Assembly: GCF_006345805.1 (NCBI RefSeq)
Contig: NC_043011.1
Location: 36,716,464-36,780,463 of the forward strand
From: Octopus sinensis
Taxonomy: Eukaryota
Direction of reading: 5' to 3'
DNA length: 64,000 nt
In this document: positions 54,465 to 64,000 of the stretch, in pieces
Layout: each line of letters starts with the position of its first letter
Numbering within the stretch: the stretch's first letter is position 1
Notes under the pieces: model-generated
Seen by the model: the letters and a program-made list of their open reading frames with translations, nothing else
Told to the model about the DNA's origin: nothing
The model's database searches: none
Translations under genes and position numbers: made by a program

Positions 54465-54662
54465 CGTGCAAATGTGTCTGTGTGTATGTATATATATATA
54501 TATATATATAATATATATATATAATATATATTACATATATCAATATATATAACATATATACATACATATATATGCATATATGTATAATATATGCATATAT
54601 ATACATATATATATATGTATATAATATGTGTATATATATATGTATATATATGTATATATATA

Positions 54663-54706
<44 letters not shown>

Positions 54707-55217
54707 TTGGTTACTTATGCGTGTGTATATCTTCTTGTTAACTTTTACATGTGTGCACGTATCTGCGTGTTTATAGAAATATATCTGCATTGAAACTTGA
54801 TGAACTTTCCGCAGACTTCTTATCTTCACAAGTTTTGCTGCACTGTAAAAAATTACGACAAATAAGTTTATCTAGCTTAAATATATTGAATAATAAAAAC
54901 AAATATCAAATTGAAATATGTAAAAAACATAAACTACGTTTATTTTAATACACAAATATTTACATTTTGTAATAGATTTTGCATTGAACAATCTAGAAAA
55001 GTAAAATGAATTTTTCTCTCCGTTCAATATTGCTTAACTATTGTACAAACTGAAAATTTAGCCAATTGCGTGGGAATGGCGATGTATCAATACTATTTCA
55101 GTCTTTGCAGATACTATTTGATTGAATGCCTGATATTACTATGGGTTTAAAATAAAATTTGTCCCTCTTAAAATTTTTTGCTTTTAGTTATTTTCTATGC
55201 ATAATTCTAATCTATAT

Positions 55218-55635
55218 GCGCAGAAGTGATTTTGTGGTAATAAGCTTGCTTCCCAACCACATGGTTCCGTATTCGGTCAGGCTGCGTGGCACCTTGGGCA
55301 AGTGCCTTCTACTATGACCACGGGCCGATCAATACCCTGTGAATGGATTTGATAGACGGAAACTGAAGGAATCCCGCCGTGTGTCTCTCTCTCAATATAT
55401 ATGTTTGTGTGTGTGTGTGTGTGCGTGGTTCTGTATCTGTGTTTGTCCCTCCACCATCGCTAGACAACCGATGTTCGTGTGTCTAGGTTCCCCGTAACCT
55501 ACTGGTTACGGAAAATGACCCACAGAATAAGTACTAGGCTTACAAAGAATAAGTCCTGGGATCGATTTGTTTGACTAAAAGCGGTGCTCCAGCATGGCTG
55601 CAGTCAAATGACTGAAACGTATAACAGTAAAAGAA
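55218..55635 (+). mobile_element. SINE family A
   Basis: Colinear with 29608-30011. Confidence 0.9.
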
Positions 55636-56114
55636 TGGTAAATTATTTGTAATTCCATTGAGTGTCACTCCGTGCTAACCGCGAGAAATGGCGGGGGGGC
55701 AGTAACTATACTGAGACATGAGTGATCATTTTAAGCTCCCCGTTAGTCAACTTTCTCTTTCTGTGCTCTCTCTCTCTCTCTGAAGTGGAATTTTTTAAAT
55801 GCGCTTTCCCTAAAATGTATAAATACTATATATACATGTATTGCTATACATGTATGAATGCATGTATAAATTATAAATACTATATATACATGGCGTATAT
55901 ATAAAGTATAAATTCATAATTATAACAAGGGATTGGCTATAAGCCTCTCCACGCACTAGAAAAATAGACCCCAAAAGGCGCTATTACCATCTTAAAAACT
56001 CCGAAAACTTCGAAAAATAATTAGGTATCTAATTATTATAATATTTGTAAAAATATTTGTAAAAATTGTAAAAATTACCTATAAGTTTTTTAATTCCACG
56101 CTGAGCCCCTGGTA

Positions 56115-56228
56115 ATATTAAATAAGTACCAGCTACGCACTGGGGTCGATATAATCGACTTAATCAGTTTGTCTGTCCTTGTTTGTCCTCTCTGTGTTTA
56201 GCCCCTTGTGGGTAGTAAAGAAATAGGA
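56115..56228 (+). mobile_element. SINE family B 3' half
   Basis: TAAATAAGTACCAGCTACGCACTGGGGTCGAT...GTAGTAAAGAAATAGG. Confidence 0.85.
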
Positions 56229-57511
56229 ATATATGGAGACCATATTCTTCAGGTTGATATAAAAAAATGAAGTTTCTATTCCTGAAATATCTATTTTGTC
56301 TATCTTAGAGCTTCGAGAATTAAACGATCAACCATGGGGGCTTGTGTTTCTGAGGAAGTGAATAACTTTTGATGGAGCGTTGAATTTTGAGGAAAATTTT
56401 ATGTATTAATCGTTATCGTTGTTGTTTAAACCTATACGAATCCTCATTAAGCCATATAAATGCAAAAAAAAACAAATGTATTTCAGTCATGATGCTAGTG
56501 AGCTTTTCTCTGTACGTAAAACTACAATATTTCCTTTTTCTTATCTTAAAATATTTACTGCAGATTGTAATTTGAGTGAGATATGGCTGCCATTGCTAAG
56601 CAGACCGAGTCGCCATATATATTAGACTTCTTCTTCGACACGTGGTTCACATTACTGCTTTGTATGTTAACTCTAGTAGAATAATTTACAAAATAAAATA
56701 ATCTATAGATATTGCAAGTTCTATTTATTTCCCTACTTTATTAAATATAAATATTAAAATACAACTAATACTCTACATTTGAGATACAGGCCAAACAAAT
56801 TAGGTTATTTATATTATTTGCCTCTCTACAAGTTTTGATTCTTTTTTTTTCTATTTCTTTTTAATAATCACAAATCACGCTAAAAAACATATAAATGGAA
56901 AATATACAAAGAAACATAAAATTCTCCATGTCATTTTTTTAGAAAATTATCTTTGAGAGGATACCTAATAAAATTCGCTTCAGCAAACATTTTGTAATTC
57001 ACAAAAATGCTTAGAGTCTGGTATGTAATTAATATTCCCGAGAAAATTATTATCAAATATCTTTCTTTTATGGGCAGTAAAAGAGTAAAAACCATCCCCA
57101 CTCCTCTACCAGCACAACAATCCGCTCCGCCCATACTACTACTATTACGGCTGTTGTTGATGCTCTAATAAGAATATATATTACAGTATTACATGTTCAT
57201 TGATTTTTAGTTGGGCTGTTTCTTTCTTTTCTTTACTCATTCAACCAGAATTTATAATCTCTATGAAAACATGAACAGGAATATGGTTTGATTTTTGAAG
57301 TTGTTTTTATAATTTATTTTCCTCATTCCTTTCCGTTTTTCTTATTTTTGTGATTATTATTAATGTTGTTACATTTATTGTTGTTATTGTATATCTTAGC
57401 TATAAAATATAATATGCATTTATATTTGTGGGTGTATATATATATATATATATGTAAGTATGTATATATGTATTGACGCAGAAATGTGTATTATATATAT
57501 ATGGATATACA

Positions 57512-57566
<55 letters not shown>

Positions 57567-59355
57567 TATACATGTGTATTTATTTACACACACACATAAT
57601 ATGCATTCATACATGGCTATATAGATACGTGTGCATGTATTTGTACGTATATACATGCGAATCAATAAAAAGGGAAGTCTCTCACATTTTGGAATTCCGA
57701 GTTTCACGTTACTGTTTATACAAACGACTGAAATAGGAAGTCAGTGATACAGAAAGGTAATTAAATTACATGTCAAATGTATAGGAATGTCAATAGTAAA
57801 AAGTAATATGCGTGGTTAACAAATAAACCATTAGAAAATAAGTCATGCATTCATAAGTCTATCTGCATAGTTCAAGAATTCATCGAAGAGCATAAGTCGT
57901 ATATATCCTTGGTGAAGTAATTAATTAATATTTAAAGGGATGACGTGTACTTCTATTGATATGCTGAGATTTCTAATTACTTTTGTAAAAAGGGATATTT
58001 TATGGCTACCTAAATTTAGTCATATCTCTGCATACTTGATCACAGCATGTAGAAATTTAAATATAGTTAATATCTTAGATGTATGTCTAAATTTATGTAG
58101 GAGTAAATATTTCCTTTATAGCAAACGGAAGTGAATTTGTTCTATATTAATGTAAATTCCATTTTCCAATATTATTTGAAAACTGATTTAATACCATTTC
58201 CAAGCGTCCATATATATTATCCTCTGATAGAGAAATCCTTTCACCATCCGGAATCTCGTTAAAATGACACTTTAAACGACAGCAGTTAATTCTCTCTATA
58301 TGTTCGCTCAAATGCTGCCACGATTTTCCTAAACCATATCAGGTGAAAAATGTATTAATAATGGTGATAAGGTGAGCTAGAATGATAAAAAGGTTTCACT
58401 TTTTCTATGTCTAGTATTGATACAAACAGTTTCAGATTTCAGTCCAATCATACATATCTCTTTTCTATTCTCCAACCGTGTATATTTAGTACGGCACTCA
58501 TTGCAGATAAGAAGGAAGCAAAGGGTCATATATGGTCATGACATGTGCATGTATTCAGACAAATAGAAACACACCTTACTAATTTGCCTAAATATGTATG
58601 GAGTTCAGGACCGATAATATCAAAAGTTATGAACATTATAGAAAACGCTGTCACCTATAAGAATCGTAGGTGATTCGTGTCACCTATGTTTTTCGGAGAT
58701 GTATAACATTCTATTGGAGCAGTCTAAAGTTTTGAACGAAAATTATTATTGTATTGGCATTTCGTCAACTATTTATCAAGACGTTTCGACAACATTCTGA
58801 ATAAAATAATTAATTTTCTACCTAATGAAATTTTCGTACTCCAAATAATGACCATCAGATATAAAATAAACCATTACTTAATCAACAAAAGCAATTCGAA
58901 AAAATAACTGCTTCGATCACTTGTCCATCTTTTAAACATATGATGACCAGACATGAATATTTCTCTTGCTCCTTGTATGAGAATATTTACAGACATCCCA
59001 TTTTCAATACATACCAAACGAATAGAAAAATGCGTGTCTCATTTCCTAAAATTTTACAGTAACTATTCGAACATGTATGTATTTTTAGCAATAAACTTTT
59101 CAATCCAATCGTTAATGTATTTGTTATGATATTGCCAAGATAATTCCATATTTCGATCGTTTGACGCGTCGGTACTGTGACACCCAGTTATTAATTAAAT
59201 AAGTATTCTCTGTTTCATGTAATGAGCATTTTACTTTGTCTGTAAACACAAAAGGAGATCAGTACATTTCCACATATAACTTATGATCCTCACTCACGTG
59301 CCTTATTTTTGTCTCATTTCTTCTCCTTTTCCCTGTTTCTCCTGGACATTTCTCT

Positions 59356-59392
59356 GATATCCGAAGAAGGACTATGTCTGAAACGTCATAAC
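59356..59392 (+). ncRNA. Minimal hammerhead motif (U4C) in a pLTR-like repeat
   Basis: TAT-CCGAAGA-A-GGAC-TAT-GTCT-GAAA-C-GTC-ATA, with a GUC triplet. Confidence 0.55.
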
Positions 59393-59527
59393 GTTTACTT
59401 TTTCTTTTCTTACTTGACTTGACCTAATAATATCGGTTATTTAGTCTCTTGTATTTTTGTTGTTTTAAATTATGTTGTGTCCTTGTGTTTTGTTTATGTT
59501 CATATATGTATATAGGTACATACATAT

Positions 59528-59852
59528 GTGAAGGCACATGGCTCAGTGGTTAGAGCGTCGAGTTTACGATCGTTAGGTTGTGAGCTCGAATCCCGGACCG
59601 GGCTGTGTGTTATGTTCTTGAGGAAGACACTTTATTTCACGTTGTTCCAGTTCACTCAGCTGTAGAAAAGAGCTGTGACATCACAGGTGCCAAGCCTTTG
59701 CCTTTCCCTTAACACTTGTGGCGTGGAGAGGGGAGGCCAATATGCATGGGTGCCTGCTGGTCTTCCATGAACAGCCTTGCCCGGACTTGTGACTGAGAGG
59801 GTAACTTTCTAGGTGCAATCCGATGGTCTGTGTCGTGACCGAAGGGGGTCTC
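59528..59852 (+). mobile_element. tRNA-derived SINE (family E)
   Basis: A-box TGGCTCAGTGG, B-box-like GAGCTCGAATCC and a distinct body. Confidence 0.8.
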
Positions 59853-60136
59853 AGATACATACATACATACATATATATATATATATATTATATATATATA
59901 TATACATATGTACTACATATATACATATACACACACACACACAAATATATATACATATATATATATATACACATACACACATTATATATATATATCTTTA
60001 TATAAGTTGGTTTTTATAACAATATATATGTGTGCCTATATTATAAGTTCTTCAACCAGTCTAATTTGGGATATTTCTATCCCTCTGAGCTTTATATAAC
60101 CTCACTTGTACTTTAATATATAAATAAGTATATATA

Positions 60137-60190
<54 letters not shown>

Positions 60191-60234
60191 CATTACTTGT
60201 TTCAGCCGGTCATGCTTGAGCACCACTTTTGGCT

Positions 60235-60655
60235 TTCCGATTTCCGCAATCAGCGGTGTTTCACATCTCCACGGCTGTATGCGCCTTTCGCCCAGCAGTT
60301 GGCCGAATTGGGGTATAAGAGAGTTTGATTCGTCTGTATCTCATGTCAGGCAATTGGTTCATCCAACAGGATGTCTAGTTTCTTTTTTGAATATATCTAC
60401 TTCCACCTTATTCCGATTTCTCACTTTTTGTGGTAGGTCATTGAAGAGATATGGGCGTTTCAATCCAAGATTATTGCAGTATCGGGTCCTGAATTTAAAT
60501 GGTAAAATAAAATGGCGGCCACTTCTGACATTTGTATAACGCACAATGTCGAAATTATGTACTAGCCGTTCTGGAGTCTCCCATATTTAGCTTATTACAT
60601 AACTCTCGTGCCCTCGCTCCTGGGTGTAAAGTTGCAATTTTCTCAGCCTATACCT
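60235..60655 (-). mobile_element. CR1-clade LINE 3' fragment
   Basis: RSGRHFILP...RTRYCNNLGLKRPYLFNDLPQKVRN...VEVDIFKK, the typical CR1 ORF2 C-terminus. Confidence 0.75.
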
Positions 60656-60717
60656 GTACCTCATCCACTGCAGTGTTTCAATACTATCTACATATTTATA
60701 CCTATTATACATGCAAG

Positions 60718-60762
<45 letters not shown>

Positions 60763-60859
60763 TTATATAATGTGTATACTTATATATATATACATATGAA
60801 TGTACATATGCATATATATGTGTATTATGTATGTACGTATATATCTATACACTTACTAC

Positions 60860-61060
60860 TTTACTCTTTTACTTGTTCCAGTCATTTGACTGTGGTCACG
60901 CTGGAGCACCGCATTAACTCGAGCAAGTCGAAGCCAGGACTTATTCTTTGTAAGCCCAGTATTTATTCTATCGGTTATTTTGCCGAACCGCTAAGTTACG
61001 GGGACGTAAACACACCAGCATCGGTTGTCATGCGATGTTGGGTAGACAGACACAGAGACA
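60860..61060 (-). mobile_element. SINE family A 3' half
   Basis: Reverse complement of the consensus 3' block. Confidence 0.88.
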
Positions 61061-61075
61061 GAAACATATAGAGAA

Positions 61076-61132
<57 letters not shown>

Positions 61133-62176
61133 AAACATTATTGGTGAATTGAAGAATGGAGCTGAACGCAGATTGAACAGAAATCGTTTTATTTCATTCT
61201 ACACGTGTTTCGAAAGGCACAAATTACCAAAATCCGATTGAATAATGGGACCATATTGTGTCTTTCTCATCAGAAGAAAAAAGGAAATCCGTTGGAACAC
61301 AAAAACAGAACAGAGGCGGAGCAAAACAAATCGAACTGTGCTCCTAAGAGCCCATGGCGAAACTGTTTATCAGTGTATGTTGAGAACCGGTGGCTGAAGA
61401 ATTCAACGGGTCAGGCATCGGTCAATCATGTGGGTGAGGGTGTATAGATGTTCTTTGTGACCGAGAATAGTTCTGACTATTTAAGGAATATTGGATGTTT
61501 TATAAGGGGCGAGAAAATATCTACTTAGAGACGTGTGTGTTGTGTATACTGTTCTATATATGTGTGTGTTGGCGTAGTGGTAGAAAACATTTTTTGTGTA
61601 CGTGTGTGCGTTTGATCGTTCGGCTGTCAGTGGCTACTGCCGTGATAACCGTTGGGTGCAGAAAGAAAAAAATAAAAAAAATATATATATATTATGTTTT
61701 ATGTGTGTGTGTGTTCATCTGAGCCTTGCCTTGTCAAGGAAACCCCCCGCTGTGAGAAAACCAAGCCCCGTTTGTCTTACAGGAGTAATTCCCCTTGCAG
61801 TGGTTAATCGTAGATATCTTAAAGGCTATTTCAGAATTTGTTACCAAGGGCTATGGGTGCCGGTACTATTTATAAACGCTATTTAAAGGCCAGGTAAGTG
61901 TAACGCCGCCAATGGGGGCATCGAAAAGCCGACTGTAAGAGCCCGTTTACCATCCGGCCTCTGGCAAACAAAATATGGAAGAGTTCGGAGACACAAAGGT
62001 TGCACTGTCTTCTGCCCCTATCAAATGGGAGGGCCACCGACAAAATTGACCATTCCAGCCTATAGCTTAAGTTCGCATCCTCGTTTACTGCTGTGATTTT
62101 TGCTACTAAGGTATCGGTTAAACTTTTGATTAATCTACTACAAGATTATTCATCTTTCTATTTCACATATTATATA

Positions 62177-62218
<42 letters not shown>

Positions 62219-62223
<5 letters not shown>

Positions 62224-62380
62224 TCTCCTTTCAGATTCCGTCTATCGAATCCGCTCACAAGGCTTGGGTCGGCCCGAGGCTATAGTAGAAGACACTTACC
62301 CAAGGTGCCAGGTAGTGGGACTGAACCCGGAACCATATGGTTGGTAAACAAGCTTCTTACCACACAGACACTCCTATGCG
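62219..62380 (-). mobile_element. SINE family A 5' half
   Basis: Reverse complement of the head and B-box. Confidence 0.88.
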
Positions 62381-62707
62381 TATATATGTATGTTTGTGAG
62401 AATAATTTTCCTCGAAGAAATTTCCGTGAAGTGAAATATCTGATTAAATACTTTACGTCTTTATTTCTTGCCTACACAAGATTAATTCCTTTTGCAAATT
62501 CAAATGGAATTTGCCTATGAAATACATACAAAAGAAAAAATACAGAAAGAAAATACTTGCCTAAAGAATTCGTAGACGTTAAAAAATGACCATAAACTGA
62601 AAAGGAAGAAAAAATAATAGTCAAAAATGCATGGAATATAAAAATCAGAAACAATTACTACAGTAAACTTTTATCATATCCTAATTCATGCAAGAACTTG
62701 CAAGATT

Positions 62708-62770
62708 TCTTCTTCTTCTTCTTCTTCTTCTTCTTCTTCTTCTTCTTCTTCATCTTCTTCTTCCTCTTCT

Positions 62771-62829
<59 letters not shown>

Positions 62830-63024
62830 TTATTATTATTATTTTTCTTCTTTTTTTTCTTCTTCTTCTCTTCTTCTTCTTCTTATTATATTATTATATT
62901 ATTATTATTATTATATTATTAATTATTATTATTATTATTATTATCATTATTATTATCATTATTATTATTATATTATTATTATTAATATTATTATTATTAT
63001 TATCATTATTACATATTATTATTA

Positions 63025-63063
<39 letters not shown>

Positions 63064-63212
63064 CATCAGATCATCATCATTATTATTATTATGATTATTA
63101 TTATTATTATTATTAGTAATTTATTATTAGTATTATCATTATTATATTAGATTATTATTAATATTATTTTATTATTAATTATTATTATTATATTATTAAT
63201 TATTATTATTAT
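62708..63212. repeat. Compound (TTC)n then (TTA)n microsatellite
   Basis: Direct reading. Confidence 0.97.
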
Positions 63213-63561
63213 TTGTTTGAGTTGAGCAAAAATGCAGAGAAACATAAAGATAAAAAGAATGAATATGTGAAATTAAGTTTCTGTGTAAAAAGCATCGCAA
63301 ATGTTGGGTGAAGTGGGAGAAAAATCAGATAAAAGAAATAGAGATGAATTGATGAAAATGTGCTGTAAGAGAATATTTCGTTGGTGTTGGTTATCTAGGG
63401 GGTGATATTTACAATACTTCTTATTATATAAAGGAAAGAGATAATGAAAGGTAAACAAATAGGGTGTACATTCATACACACATATATATATATATATGCA
63501 TATATATATATATATCACATACACATATATCTATATGCATATATATATATGTATCGATACA

Positions 63562-63786
63562 ATAAGAATATTCTCACGGCCTAGAATAAGGGAAGTTATT
63601 TGGTTCGCTCCCCCTTTCTCCCTTAGAGTAAGGAATTTACCAAAAATATTTTTTAAGATTCTGAAGGAGAACTTCCCAAAGGACCACAGATATTATAGCA
63701 TCTGCAATAAGTCGACAATAAAATTCTCCTATTCTGTAATGCCTAACTTTGCTTCCATCATTGCTTCAATCAATAGAAGCAAGCTT
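63562..63786 (+). pseudogene. Penelope-like element ORF fragment (RT to GIY-YIG linker)
   Basis: RIREVIWFAPPFSLRV...FFKILKENFPKDHRYYSICNKSTIKFSYSVMPNFASII matches the IIWFNPPFS...HFP..H...FN..TVKVSYSCMPN motif of PLEs. Confidence 0.75.
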
Positions 63787-64000
63787 ACTAGGTGGAACGA
63801 CAGAAAAAGTTCCTTTGAGGATGACCAAGGACATGTGGTTGATAATACTGTAAGGTGAGTACCAAAGTCCTTTACCGGACTCATCGAACCCATGTAATAA
63901 GGGTAGTTTAGAGGGAATGAATGAGCGAAACCCGTCTGGAACTGGAGATAAATAGGTAAAGATAATAATAGGAACAAAATTAGGAAAGGCCCCGAAAAGA

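Noticed and set aside
61782-61900. Possible exon ending at a strong AG|GTAAGT donor
   Set aside because: The longer candidate exon has stops in all frames, the 59-nt alternative is unsupported, and there is no gene context.

Overview
Eukaryotic, AT-rich DNA saturated with repeats. I can support no intact host protein-coding gene, rRNA, tRNA gene or CRISPR array. Nearly every ORF in the supplied track is a translation of a (TA)n, (TG)n, (CATA)n, (GATA)n or (TAA)n microsatellite. The mix of tRNA-derived SINEs and microsatellites suggests an Octopus-like cephalopod genome (inference only). Recognisable content: several tRNA-derived SINE families, decayed non-LTR retrotransposons (Tx1/L1, RTE, CR1 and Dong/R4-like RLE elements sitting in TAA repeats), two related Ty3/gypsy relics, mariner fragments, two foldback/MITE elements and Penelope-like element (PLE) remnants. 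The main unexplained signal is a set of about 12 minimal type I hammerhead-ribozyme motifs belonging to at least 6 different repeat families. Their helix III is tiny and usually palindromic, which implies dimer-dependent folding. Most carry an extra purine between A9 and helix II, and one has a compensatory G3:C8 core swap. Several sit in tandem or inverted-end architectures typical of PLE pLTRs and non-LTR retrozymes. These include a ~598-nt tandem monomer and a tRNA-headed, hammerhead-tailed SINE-like composite. All structures were folded by eye and none has been tested.
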